Source: Arsukibacterium sp. UBA5043
Lineage (GTDB): Bacteria; Pseudomonadota; Gammaproteobacteria; Enterobacterales; Alteromonadaceae
NCBI RefSeq assembly: GCF_002415085.1
Contig: NZ_DIBV01000004.1
Location: forward strand, 141,586-205,585
Reading direction: 5' to 3'
DNA length: 64,000 nucleotides
Position numbers and translations under genes: made by a program. This document shows positions 17,166 through 27,240 of this stretch, piece by piece. The notes under the pieces were generated by a model that worked only from the letters and a program-made list of their open reading frames with translations, was not told the DNA's origin and ran no database searches. Positions within the stretch are counted from its first letter, which is position 1, and each line of letters begins with the position of its first letter.

Positions 17166-19271
17166 TTAGAAGCTGTAGCTGACGCCCAGTTCGAATGAAC
17201 GTTCTGGCCCAACATAGATGCCCTGACGCAGGCCGGTAATATAACGTTTGTCGGTCAGGTTTTTCACTGCACCAAACACGCGGATATTGTCTGCCAGCTT
17301 ATACTGCGCGGTTATATCCAATACTGTGTAAGATGGCAGCAGACCGCCCCAGATCCCGCCGGCCGCATTATCAGGAATCGCAACCGTATTGCTAGCGTCG
17401 CCGTATTGCTCACCACGGTGATGCGCCGACAAGGCGGCACTTAATTGCTCTAGCTGGTAATTCAGCGCCAGGTTAGCAACGATTTTTGGTGCGTACGGCA
17501 GGCGATTGCCCTGATTTTCACCTGATTTAAACTCTGAGGTTGGTACCCAGGTGGCGTTGCTATCTATACTAAAACCGCCGCCCAGCTGATAACCCAGTAA
17601 AAACTCCATACCCAGATGTTCAGTTGCACCGGCATTAGACTGCGATAAATTAGGATCGCTGTTGCCAGTTACTACCTGATTGCTGAAATCCATAGCAAAG
17701 GCCGCAACTTCATAGTTCATCGCGCCACGTGTTCCGCGCAGGCCAAGTTCATAGTTGGTTGAGCGTTCGCCATCCAGCTGCTGATCGGTCAGGCCGTCCA
17801 GGGCCACGCCATTTGATGCCGGGGAGAAAGCCCGGTACACACCGCCGTATAACTGGGCAGAGTCGCTCAGGTTATAAGTCATGCCAACACCAGGTAAAAA
17901 CTCGGTATTGCTGGTGCTCGCTGTCGCATTGTCATCAGACAACACCAGACGGGTCTGCTCGTAGGATTCAACCCGCAGGCCAGGCGTAACAGCGAAGTGC
18001 TCAGTGAGCTCAATCCGGCTCTGGGCATAAGCGGCCACGCTGTCAGCTGAATCAATAATATGGCGATCGTTCAGGCCAGTACGATCACTACTGCGTACTG
18101 CACGAATACGGGTATCGTTAGCTTCTTCCTGCATAAAACGCAGGCCAAACTCACTGCTGGCAACCATCCCGGCCAGGTTATGGTCTATGTTCAGACGGGT
18201 CTCAATGCCCACCCGGTCAAACGAGCGGTTGTTACCGGTTAGGGCGTCGGTATAAACCCAACGTCCGGCGTCGTTTGATGCTGCCGTATCGACATTATAG
18301 CGCCAGTAATCACGGCTCATTTCGCTCCAGTACAGCAAGGTTTTTAAGGTTGCCTGATTAGAAAGGGTCCACTCGTGGTTAATGTCGAATGCCGTGCGAT
18401 CGGTTAGGAAATAATCATCTGGTGCCGGGTTGTAGTCGGCGCCGGCCAGATAGTCACCCAGCAGCAAACCACGATAGGAGATGTTGGCATCGTTTTCATA
18501 GCGCGATACTTTAATTCCCAGCTTTTGATCATTACTGAAAATCACCCCGGCTTTGGCCATCACATCGGTCATTTCATAGTCTTTATCCATAAAGCCGTCG
18601 CTGCTGGCATGGGTGGCGACTATGCCGGCAAAGGCATCGCCCGAAACACTCTTGCCGCCAGCTTCAACACTGACTTCCTGCATATTGAAGGAGCCGGTGC
18701 GACCGGTTACCGTTACGCCGTCATCCGGCGTTTTGGTTTGATAGTTGACCACGCCACCAATAGTAGACGGGCCATAGCGCAATGAGGCTGAACCTTTCAA
18801 CACTTCAACTTGCTCTATCCGTTGGATGCGCGGGTTAAAATAACGATCGTTGCCGACAAATAAACCCGGTGCTACCGGCACGCCGTCTTCCAGCATTAGC
18901 GACTTTGATTCGCTGGCAGATAAGCCACGCATGCCAAAGTTAGCGACGATAGCGGTTTCTTCTTCACTTTTGATGTTGATACCAGGAATGCGGCGCAGAA
19001 TGTCTTCTGTAGATAACGGCTGAATTTGTTCAATTTGCTGGCGATTAACCACTACAACGGTGCCGGTTTGCTCCAGTAGAACCGGATTACCATTACCCAC
19101 CACCCGGATAACTTCGAGTGCAGGCATTATCTTTTTTTGTTCGGCGCTGTGTTCAACATTGGTCTCCACATTGCTGGCAACAGCAGTGTCGATCTGCTGC
19201 TGGCCTGCAGCACTCAATGATACGGTAGCAAGTGCTACAGCTAATGATAAGCGTGACATCTTCGTCCGCAT
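17166..19271 (-). CDS. TonB-dependent receptor (siderophore-receptor size class)
   Basis: Signal peptide from MRTKMSRLSLAVALATVSLSAAG (AGGAG upstream), plug domain, C-terminal ...FELGVSYSF barrel terminus. Confidence 0.85.
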   Translation of the reverse strand: MRTKMSRLSLAVALATVSLSAAGQQQIDTAVASNVETNVEHSAEQKKIMPALEVIRVVGNGNPVLLEQTGTVVVVNRQQIEQIQPLSTEDILRRIPGINIKSEEETAIVANFGMRGLSASESKSLMLEDGVPVAPGLFVGNDRYFNPRIQRIEQVEVLKGSASLRYGPSTIGGVVNYQTKTPDDGVTVTGRTGSFNMQEVSVEAGGKSVSGDAFAGIVATHASSDGFMDKDYEMTDVMAKAGVIFSNDQKLGIKVSRYENDANISYRGLLLGDYLAGADYNPAPDDYFLTDRTAFDINHEWTLSNQATLKTLLYWSEMSRDYWRYNVDTAASNDAGRWVYTDALTGNNRSFDRVGIETRLNIDHNLAGMVASSEFGLRFMQEEANDTRIRAVRSSDRTGLNDRHIIDSADSVAAYAQSRIELTEHFAVTPGLRVESYEQTRLVLSDDNATASTSNTEFLPGVGMTYNLSDSAQLYGGVYRAFSPASNGVALDGLTDQQLDGERSTNYELGLRGTRGAMNYEVAAFAMDFSNQVVTGNSDPNLSQSNAGATEHLGMEFLLGYQLGGGFSIDSNATWVPTSEFKSGENQGNRLPYAPKIVANLALNYQLEQLSAALSAHHRGEQYGDASNTVAIPDNAAGGIWGGLLPSYTVLDITAQYKLADNIRVFGAVKNLTDKRYITGLRQGIYVGPERSFELGVSYSF

Positions 19272-19330
19272 AGCAACTCCTTTAAATAACGGGCTAAATT
19301 CAATGGCCGCAATTAAACCATAACTAAAAA

Positions 19331-19345
19331 TGCGAATCAATCTCA
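19331..19345. promoter_or_regulatory. weak Fur-box-like sequence upstream of the TonB receptor
   Basis: Coding-strand TGAGATTGATTCGCA matches about 10 of 14 defined positions of TGATAATNATTATCA; about 60 nt upstream of the ATG. Confidence 0.3.
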
Positions 19346-19564
19346 TTTGATTTGCGGTTAATAAATTAGTTAGCTGGCGGAGACAATCTGAAAATTGGCA
19401 GTAAGATGTTTATACCGCTATTAATTCGATACCGGCCTGGCATGACGCTGTTATCGGAGAAACCGGCGAATACCGGGCATCAGTGGTATCTAATGTGGTC
19501 AGAATGGCAGGAAAATCTGGTTGGTTAGAGGCGGCAAAGAGCTGGGCCGCCATTGTCGTCGTGT

Positions 19565-20035
19565 TTACCTGTTGTTTTGCTGAGGCAGCCGTTTAATCAT
19601 TTTTAGATGCGGAATATCATCTTCCAGATAAGGCTCACTGGCACTTTCAAAGCCAGATTCCTGATAAAACTGCTGTAAATAACACTGGGCTGAGATATGA
19701 ATATCCATATCGGGCCAGTATTGCTTTGTCACTTCCAGGGTTTTATCCATTAACACCCGGCCAAGGCCAAGCCTGCGGGCAGTTTGTGAAACACACACCC
19801 GGCCAATACCGGGAAAGCCGGCAAAACTGACGTCAGGTGCCAGTACCCGTGAGTAGGCAATAACTTTGTCACCTTTCTTTAAAATAATATGGCGGGTTTG
19901 CGGGTGCAGATCCTTATCATCCAGCTCCGGATAAGGACAATTTTGTTCTACCACGAATACATCAACCCGTAACTGCAACATCGAATACAGTGTTAAGGTA
20001 TCCAGATCGGCAAAAGTCTGTACTTGCCATTGCAT
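19565..20035 (-). CDS. GNAT-family N-acetyltransferase (ElaA-like)
   Basis: 156 aa; acetyl-CoA motif A RRLGLGRVLM. Confidence 0.75.
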   Translation of the reverse strand: MQWQVQTFADLDTLTLYSMLQLRVDVFVVEQNCPYPELDDKDLHPQTRHIILKKGDKVIAYSRVLAPDVSFAGFPGIGRVCVSQTARRLGLGRVLMDKTLEVTKQYWPDMDIHISAQCYLQQFYQESGFESASEPYLEDDIPHLKMIKRLPQQNNR

Positions 20036-20168
20036 ACACTAAGTTTCCTTATTTACTGCGCTAACGCACTGTTAAAGAACTATATCAGAGGCAACCCTTG
20101 CTGCGCCAGTAGCCTGCAACAAACAACATGACCAATCACGGCGCAAAGATCACAAAAATGCTATTTAA

Positions 20169-20186
20169 CTGTAACGGTTTTGCCAT
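20169..20186 (+). promoter_or_regulatory. possible Pho box
   Basis: CTGTAAC-GGTT-TTGCCAT: two 7-mers, each 5/7 to CTGTCAT, with 11-bp phasing; about 60-75 nt upstream of the phoX ATG. Confidence 0.3.
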
Positions 20187-20242
20187 TTAACACCGGTTTA
20201 ATAGAGCGGCCTAATCATCCGTTTTAAGCCGGAGTAATAATA

Positions 20243-22273
20243 ATGACCGTCAGTAAAAACAACCAGAATGCAATGTCCATTAGTATTGATAACTCGGGTG
20301 TTGACCCGCAAACCAATTTTTCATTGAACCCCACTTTTGCCGCGATAGTCGACAGCCGGATGGCCCGGCGTAACTTTATCAAAGGCAGTATGGGTGCTGC
20401 TATGGCGGCTTTTCTTGGTGGTACACTTGCTGGCTGCAGCAGTAGTGATGATGAAACCACGCCGGTAGCGCCAACCGTGCCGCCTGTTACCACCGCTCCG
20501 CTTCTGGGATTTGCTGCTATTGCGACTCAGCGCGCCGATACCATTACTGTGCCTGAAGGCTACACTGCCAGAACGTTCCTGCCCTGGGGCACTCCGCTAA
20601 GTGGCAGTTATCCTACTTATCTGGCTGATGGCAGCAACAGTGGCAGCGATCAGGAACAACAGGTAGGAATGCACCATGACGGTATGCACTTTTTCCCTAT
20701 CGACAGCAGAACCAGTGCCACAAGTTCAGAAGAAGGCCTGCTGGTGTTTAATCATGAATATATCGACAACAACCTGATCCACCCCAACGGTATCACGACG
20801 GTACCGCGACTGGCCGACGAAGTGCGTAAAGAGGTGGCCGCACATGGTGTTTCAGTAGCTCATATTCAAAAGCAAGCAGATGGTAGCTGGGCGCTGGTTA
20901 ATAACAGCCCGTTTAACCGCCGTATTACCGGTGCCACACCCATGGAACTGGCAGGCCCGGTACGTGGCAGCGCGAAAGTCATCACTAAATACAGCCCGGA
21001 AGGCCATCGTACCCGCGGTACTTTAAATAACTGTGGTAATGGCTATACGCCCTGGGGGACATATTTAACCTGCGAAGAAAACTGGGCAGGTTATTTTGTC
21101 AACAAAGATGCCGAGCAACCACGTGAACAGCGGCGCTATGGCGTGCCAGCAAGTAATGGCCGGTACTTGTGGGAAACCGCCACACCTGCAGCCGACCAAT
21201 ATCAACGTTTTAACGCCAGCACACTGGCCGACGATGCCAGCGGTGATTATCGCAACGAACCAAATACTTTCGGCTGGATTGTGGAAATTGACCCCTTTAA
21301 CCCCGATAGCGTGCCGCAAAAGCGTACAGCACTCGGTCGTTTTGGGCACGAAGGGATCATTTTTGGCAAGCTGGAAGAGGGCAAACCGCTGGTGTTTTAT
21401 TCCGGTGATGACTCACGTTTTGAGTATATCTATAAATTTGTCTCGGCAGCGCCGTATTTTCAGAACACGGCAGGTGGCTATTTGCTTAATGAGGGTACAT
21501 TGTACGTTGCACGCTTTAACGATGATGGCAGCGGTGAATGGCTGCCGTTGGACCTTAATAATGCCGAGTTTGCCGCTAAAGCTGCAGCGGCAGAAGTGGT
21601 GTTCGCTGATCAGGCCGATGTGCTGATAAATACCCGGCTGGCGGCTGACATTGCGGGTGCCACTAAAATGGACCGGCCAGAATGGGGCGCGGTACATCCT
21701 GACACTGGTGAGGTATATTTTACCCTTACCAATAATACCGCTCGCACTGAACAGCAAACCGATGCAGCCAACCCGCGTGCGGCAAATGCTGCTGGCCATA
21801 TTATTCGCTGGCAAGAGCGCAACAGTCAGGAAGCTACCGCCTTTGACTGGGATATTTTCCTGCTGGCCGGTGACGTGGGCACTACCACTCCTGACAGTGA
21901 GCTGACATTAACCCAAGACAACCACCTGGCCAGTCCTGACGGCTTATGGTTTGATAAAAACGGCTTGCTATGGATCCAGACCGATATGAGCGGCAGCCAG
22001 CAAGGTGAAGGCCCATATGGCAATAATCAGATGTTGGTTGCCGATCCGGTAACCCGGCAGATTAAACGGTTTTTAGTGGGGCCAACCGACTGTGAAGTCA
22101 CAGGCATCAGCGCCACGCCGGATATGAAAACCTTGTTTGTTAACATTCAGCACCCCGGCGATCGCTCCTCCCCCGACAATTTCACCAGTAACTGGCCAGA
22201 CGGTGGCAACAGCCGGCCACGCTCGGCCACGGTAGTGGTTACTAAAAACGACGGCGGAGTGATTGGCAGCTAA
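20243..22273 (+). CDS. phoX: PhoX-family alkaline phosphatase (DUF839), Tat-exported
   Basis: Twin-arginine signal SRMARRNFIKGSMGAAMAAF; 676 aa beta-propeller-type sequence typical of PhoX. Confidence 0.8.
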   Translation: MTVSKNNQNAMSISIDNSGVDPQTNFSLNPTFAAIVDSRMARRNFIKGSMGAAMAAFLGGTLAGCSSSDDETTPVAPTVPPVTTAPLLGFAAIATQRADTITVPEGYTARTFLPWGTPLSGSYPTYLADGSNSGSDQEQQVGMHHDGMHFFPIDSRTSATSSEEGLLVFNHEYIDNNLIHPNGITTVPRLADEVRKEVAAHGVSVAHIQKQADGSWALVNNSPFNRRITGATPMELAGPVRGSAKVITKYSPEGHRTRGTLNNCGNGYTPWGTYLTCEENWAGYFVNKDAEQPREQRRYGVPASNGRYLWETATPAADQYQRFNASTLADDASGDYRNEPNTFGWIVEIDPFNPDSVPQKRTALGRFGHEGIIFGKLEEGKPLVFYSGDDSRFEYIYKFVSAAPYFQNTAGGYLLNEGTLYVARFNDDGSGEWLPLDLNNAEFAAKAAAAEVVFADQADVLINTRLAADIAGATKMDRPEWGAVHPDTGEVYFTLTNNTARTEQQTDAANPRAANAAGHIIRWQERNSQEATAFDWDIFLLAGDVGTTTPDSELTLTQDNHLASPDGLWFDKNGLLWIQTDMSGSQQGEGPYGNNQMLVADPVTRQIKRFLVGPTDCEVTGISATPDMKTLFVNIQHPGDRSSPDNFTSNWPDGGNSRPRSATVVVTKNDGGVIGS

Positions 22274-22356
22274 CTGATAAGCCGTGATAATAAGCAGGCT
22301 GGCTTCCTTGGGTTTCCAGTCTGCTCGTTCAGGCCGCTTGCGGCACTGCGCCCTGT

Positions 22357-22878
22357 TCAGCGCTTTTTCGGGATCCAGGCCCAGGTCACGCTGGCATTTA
22401 CCGGTTCTATTCCAGCACTATCGGTGATGGTGACGGCGACGGTGATTTCACCTTTATCGTCGTTATGCATTGTAGCTATCTGGTCGTCGGTCAGGCTTGC
22501 TATTGCGGTTAAATCACCCGTCGAGCGTTTTATATAATCAATTTGCATTTGTTTTAGCAAGGGTAACTTACTATCGGGCAGGTGAATACCGACTAAAAAA
22601 CCGGTGGCCGATTCAGCCAGTAAACCGGTAGCGGCGGCATGCACCGAGCCGATATGATTTTGCGCCTTTTTGCGGTTTTTTAATCGCAGCACTGAACGGG
22701 CGCCCTGTAGTTCCAGCACTTCAACCCCGGCAGTGCCGGCAAATTTAATGACCCGGCCAAATACCGTGCTTAACGCAAAGGCGTGCAGCGCTTGTGGTAG
22801 TTGATAGCATTTACTGACGATTCGCTGCAGTTTGTTGGGTTTGGTTGTCGCGGGCATGAAAGTATCGGCTTGGTTCAT
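22357..22878 (-). CDS. hotdog-fold thioesterase-like protein (DUF4442/YiiD C-terminal type)
   Basis: 173 aa; family assignment from overall pattern only. Confidence 0.45.
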   Translation of the reverse strand: MNQADTFMPATTKPNKLQRIVSKCYQLPQALHAFALSTVFGRVIKFAGTAGVEVLELQGARSVLRLKNRKKAQNHIGSVHAAATGLLAESATGFLVGIHLPDSKLPLLKQMQIDYIKRSTGDLTAIASLTDDQIATMHNDDKGEITVAVTITDSAGIEPVNASVTWAWIPKKR

Positions 22879-22962
22879 TGTGGTCTGACCTGTGTGCTAT
22901 TTACGCTACTATGCCTCTGGTCAACGGCAATTGCAAGGTGGTGTTACTAACGTAAGACGCCA

Positions 22963-23706
22963 TTAGCACCATAGCTCGCCAACCGGTGTCTGAGGGCTGA
23001 ACCGGTGGCAAATTTGTGCCTGCAATAATTCTGCACTGGCCAGGGCATCCGTTACGGCATGATGTGGCCGGTATGGTGGCAGGTTGTAGCGGCTGCGGCT
23101 GGCATCAAGCCGGATCGAAACCTGCTGCCGTTTGCGTACTTTATCCCACCAGCTTAATGGCTTTGTCCGGTACAAGCGGGCTTCCAGCTCCAGGGTATCA
23201 ATCACTGGAAATAAGATATTCTCACCTAACCGAACCTTAACACTGGCAGAGAGAAAATTGCGTTCTATCTGGCGGTAATGTACCACGGCTACCTTGCCGG
23301 CCAGTAACGGCAACAGTTCAGGCAGTACAGCGTTTAAATCCGGAGCTTTTTTTACCTCTGAATGGGTTATCCGGTGCACGGTAACGGAGTTGTCACTAAG
23401 CTGAAAACGGGGTTTAAGCAGCCATTGCTGCGCTTTTGAGCTGAAAATGCAGTGCAGGTTAAAAGGCACTAAGCCAATACTGACAATGCCGTTGTTATCA
23501 GCACTAAGGCCGGTAGTTTCAAAATCAATAGCCACCAGTGGTACCTCGTCGATCGGCGTAGTGGCGGCTACCATGCCTGCACTGTAAAATTGTTGCAATA
23601 AAGGGTGGGTAACACTCGCCGCCTGTTGCTGATAATACCGCTGCCAGTCGGTGCTGGTTGCCGGGCGTGGGCTATCTTCTTGCTTGGTTGGGCCCAGATA
23701 AAGCAT
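22963..23706 (-). CDS. DEDD-type 3'-5' exonuclease (DnaQ/epsilon-like)
   Basis: Exo I motif VAIDFETTGL, later HRITHSEV and HHAVTDALA motifs; 7 nt downstream of the DUF294 gene. Confidence 0.75.
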   Translation of the reverse strand: MLYLGPTKQEDSPRPATSTDWQRYYQQQAASVTHPLLQQFYSAGMVAATTPIDEVPLVAIDFETTGLSADNNGIVSIGLVPFNLHCIFSSKAQQWLLKPRFQLSDNSVTVHRITHSEVKKAPDLNAVLPELLPLLAGKVAVVHYRQIERNFLSASVKVRLGENILFPVIDTLELEARLYRTKPLSWWDKVRKRQQVSIRLDASRSRYNLPPYRPHHAVTDALASAELLQAQICHRFSPQTPVGELWC

Positions 23707-23713
23707 TGTTTGT

Positions 23714-25561
23714 TCAGGCCTTAAAATGAAATTTCATAAATTTTTGGGCGTTACTCAGTACCTGAAACGCCTCCTTTAAGTGCTTACGCTCAAATTCTGA
23801 CAGCTGCTCTGGCAGTACATTATTATCAGGCTCAATGCCCTGGCGCAGCGCTGCAGCCTGATGGCGAATACGGGTTAAAGCGATAACCTCAAAGGCATCG
23901 CGCAGGTCCTCGGCCCGGCCCTTGGGCAATACTCCTGCGGCGGTAATATCCTGCAGGCGGCTGAAAGAGTTGCTTTCTGTTGAGCCGATGGCGAGCGCAT
24001 GCACCCTGATTAAATCGACAAAGGGCGCAGTACCACGCCTTTTAATATTTAAGCTATTGTTTTGTTTGCCGTCCTGCTCCATCACAAAATCTTTAAAAAA
24101 ACCCAGTGGTGGGGTGCGGTTAAGCGCATTACGGGTCATGCTGGCCAGAAAAAGCGGTTTTGTTCTTGCTAGTTTACTGACCAGTTTCTGTAATTGTTCA
24201 GCCCACTGGGTATGCCCCCAAACGCCATCAATATCGAAAAAAATTGAGGATTGCAGCAAACGTTCTGCCGTGGGTTTTTCTATCCAGCTTTGAAAATATT
24301 GCTGCCATACTTTTAACGGTTGGCGCCACTCTTTATTGGTCGCCATCACGTTGCCTGTGCAGTAAGTATAGCCACAAGCCGCCAGTCCATCTGACACAAA
24401 ACGGGCCAGTTGCTGAAAGTAGTTGTCGTGCTGTGCCGGGTCATAGCGGTTGTCCAGCACCAGTGCATTGTCCTGATCGGTCAGCACTAGTTGTTCATCA
24501 CGGGCCATCGATCCCAGCGCTAAAAAACAATAGGGCACTGGTGGTGGTCCAAGCTCTGCTTCAGCCAGTTCCAGCAGCCGCTGTTTAAAACTCCGACCGA
24601 TAGCCGCCATGGCACTGCCAATCATTTGCGAATTAGCATCTTCGTTGACCATCCGGATAAAGCAGGCATGAACGTCGGGCACCAATGTTTGCAAATCAGC
24701 AACGGTATGCTGGCGAAAAATGCGGCTTACCACATACAGGCTGTTTTGTGATTCGAAGCGAATAATATCGGAAATAGCGATCACGCCAACGGCTCGCTGG
24801 CGTTTTACTACCGGCAAATGGTGCAGGTTATGGCGTAGCATCAACATCATCGCTTCAAAAATGTACTGTTGTTGTTCAATAGTAACGGGATTGGCCGACA
24901 TAATGTCGGCAACGGGCGTTTCAGATTTTAAACCCGGCGCTACCAACCGGGCGCGGATATCTTTGTCAGTAATAATACCGGTAAGATGTTGATCCTGATC
25001 CAGGATGAGCAATGATGACACCTTTTGCTCCGTCATTAATTGGGCAGCCTGCCAGACGTTGGCGTCGGAACCAATGGTAACAGGGTCCCGGCTTAACAGC
25101 GTGCTGACCGTGGCACCGAGCAAATCGGCGCGGGCCTGGGTGCTGGCTTTGCTGGTTTTACGTCGCTCGCTATCACCAACCTGCATATAGTCAGCAAAAA
25201 ACTCATTTTCATCAAACAACTGCTGAAACACTTCATCGGGAATAAAGTAGATCAGGGTATCTTCCAATGCGGAAGCCGGAAAACGTACTTTGCCGCCACG
25301 CAACAGGCCTTGCTCAGCAAAAATACCACCTTCACTCAGCCGGTTGTATAAATCACCATTGCGGCGGAAAGTTTCAACTGCGCCACTTCGCACCAGATGG
25401 AGCGCGTGCAGCGGCTCGTTATAACGCAGAATATCGCTACCAGCCTTAAAATAGCCAATATCAATACTGAGTGCCACCTGCTGTACTTGTTCAGCCGGCA
25501 GTTCCTGAAACGGCGAATGCCGTTTCAAAAACTCCAATATTTCTATCTGCTCTATTTCCAC
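23714..25561 (-). CDS. cNMP-binding / tandem CBS / DUF294 nucleotidyltransferase-domain protein
   Basis: 615 aa; N-terminal cyclic-nucleotide-binding fold, CBS pair (VSSLLILD..., HHLPVV), GlnD-like nucleotidyltransferase core (LALGSMARDEQLVLTDQDNALV). Confidence 0.75.
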   Translation of the reverse strand: MEIEQIEILEFLKRHSPFQELPAEQVQQVALSIDIGYFKAGSDILRYNEPLHALHLVRSGAVETFRRNGDLYNRLSEGGIFAEQGLLRGGKVRFPASALEDTLIYFIPDEVFQQLFDENEFFADYMQVGDSERRKTSKASTQARADLLGATVSTLLSRDPVTIGSDANVWQAAQLMTEQKVSSLLILDQDQHLTGIITDKDIRARLVAPGLKSETPVADIMSANPVTIEQQQYIFEAMMLMLRHNLHHLPVVKRQRAVGVIAISDIIRFESQNSLYVVSRIFRQHTVADLQTLVPDVHACFIRMVNEDANSQMIGSAMAAIGRSFKQRLLELAEAELGPPPVPYCFLALGSMARDEQLVLTDQDNALVLDNRYDPAQHDNYFQQLARFVSDGLAACGYTYCTGNVMATNKEWRQPLKVWQQYFQSWIEKPTAERLLQSSIFFDIDGVWGHTQWAEQLQKLVSKLARTKPLFLASMTRNALNRTPPLGFFKDFVMEQDGKQNNSLNIKRRGTAPFVDLIRVHALAIGSTESNSFSRLQDITAAGVLPKGRAEDLRDAFEVIALTRIRHQAAALRQGIEPDNNVLPEQLSEFERKHLKEAFQVLSNAQKFMKFHFKA

Positions 25562-25587
25562 TGGCCTCTTCCCATTGGCAAATTTGC

Positions 25588-27219
25588 TTAGTTACCGCGT
25601 GGTTCAGACATCAGGCCTTTGACCACCGCGATGCAGGATGCTAACAACACTATGGTAAAGGGAAATCCAGTCGACACTGCCATCGCTTGTAACGCCACCA
25701 GACCGCCACCCAGTATTAAGGCGATAGCGACCAGGCCCTCGAAGGTACACCAGAATACCCGTTGCGGGGTTGGTGCATTCACTTTACCGCCAGCAGCGAT
25801 GGTATCAATAACCAGAGATCCGGAGTCTGATGAGGTAACAAAAAATACGACGACCAGAATAATGGCAATAAAAGAGGTAATACCGGCCAGTGGCAGCGCA
25901 TCCAGCATGCTGAATAGCTGCAGGGGCAACGCCGCTTCAACGGCAGCCATATAACCATCATGAACCACCTGACTAATTGCGGTTCCGCCGAACACGGTCA
26001 TCCACAGCACGCAGGCCAGCGACGGAATAAGTAATACCGAAACTAAAAACTCGCGTACGGTACGGCCGCGCGAAACCCGTGCGATAAACATGCCGACAAA
26101 CGGCGACCAGCTGATCCACCAGGCCCAGTAGAAGGCCGTCCAGCCCTGAGAGAAGTTGGTATCCTCCCTACCTACCGGGTTGGCCAGCTCGGGTAAATAC
26201 TGGAAATATGCCCCTAAATTGGCAAAAAAACCAGTTAAAATGGCCAGCGTTGGACCAACGATAATGACAAACAGCAGCAGTAAAGCTGCCAGGGCCATAT
26301 TAATTTCTGATAGCCGCTTTACGCCGGCTTCCAGACCGGCCAGCACTGAAAACAGGGCGATCAGGGTAATGCCAATTACCAGCAGCACCTCGGTAGTGAT
26401 TCCTTGCGGCCAGTCAAACAGATAATTTAAGCCGGCACTAGCCTGCGATGCTCCCAAACCCAAGGAGGTAGCCAGGCCAAACAAGGTGGCAAGCACGGCC
26501 AGAATATCAATAATATGTCCGGGCCAGCCCCAAACCCGCTCGCCCAGCAGGGGGTAAAAAACCGAGCGAATTGTCAACGGCAAGCCTTTATTAAATGAAA
26601 ATAGTGCCAGACCCAACGCCAGAATGGCGTAAATAGCCCAGGGGTGCAGGGCCCAGTGGTAAATAGTAGCGGCCATACCAAGACGCTCAGCGGCTAATGC
26701 ATCGCCAGCAGCACCGGCCAGTGGCGCCCAATCAGTGCGTACGCCATCTTCTATCGTCGTTCCGGCCATGGCACTGTTAAAATGGGACAACGGCTCAGAT
26801 ACACCATAAAACATCAGGCCGATACCCATACCGGCAGCAAACAGCATCGAAAACCAGCCGATATAGCTGAAGTCAGGGGTAGCCTCAGTGCCACCTAAGC
26901 GTACTTTACCCAGAGGAGACACAATTAACCCCAGGCATAACAGCACAAAAATGTTGGCGGCGCTGATAAAAAACCAATCGAGATTGCTGGTAAGCCAGCC
27001 GCGCATATCGCTGAAAATCTCTGCAGCCTGGACATGAAAAATCAGGGTAAGCAATACAAAGGCAACAATGCTCAGCCCGGAGATCAGGAACACCCGGTTG
27101 TGAATATCCAGACCAAATGGCCCTAATTTCACTACGATGTTATCCTGACCTACCTGATAATCGGTATCAATTGGATTAACTCTGCCATCTGGGATCATCG
27201 GATCCTTTTCAGTTGTCAT
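25588..27219 (-). CDS. BCCT-family (betaine/carnitine/choline) transporter
   Basis: BCCT signature WTAFYWAWWISWSPFVGMFIARVSRGRT; 12-TM size. Confidence 0.85.
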   Translation of the reverse strand: MTTEKDPMIPDGRVNPIDTDYQVGQDNIVVKLGPFGLDIHNRVFLISGLSIVAFVLLTLIFHVQAAEIFSDMRGWLTSNLDWFFISAANIFVLLCLGLIVSPLGKVRLGGTEATPDFSYIGWFSMLFAAGMGIGLMFYGVSEPLSHFNSAMAGTTIEDGVRTDWAPLAGAAGDALAAERLGMAATIYHWALHPWAIYAILALGLALFSFNKGLPLTIRSVFYPLLGERVWGWPGHIIDILAVLATLFGLATSLGLGASQASAGLNYLFDWPQGITTEVLLVIGITLIALFSVLAGLEAGVKRLSEINMALAALLLLFVIIVGPTLAILTGFFANLGAYFQYLPELANPVGREDTNFSQGWTAFYWAWWISWSPFVGMFIARVSRGRTVREFLVSVLLIPSLACVLWMTVFGGTAISQVVHDGYMAAVEAALPLQLFSMLDALPLAGITSFIAIILVVVFFVTSSDSGSLVIDTIAAGGKVNAPTPQRVFWCTFEGLVAIALILGGGLVALQAMAVSTGFPFTIVLLASCIAVVKGLMSEPRGN

Positions 27220-27240
27220 TATTATGTCCTTGTTATTATT

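Noticed and set aside
19272-19346. 25-codon extension of the TonB receptor ORF
   Set aside because: The internal Met at 19271 has an AGGAG SD and begins the signal peptide. The extension would swallow the promoter and Fur-like region.
21096-21814. ORFs of 176 aa (+) and 133 aa (-) inside phoX
   Set aside because: They are alternative-frame or antisense shadows of a clearly coding PhoX gene, with no independent signals.
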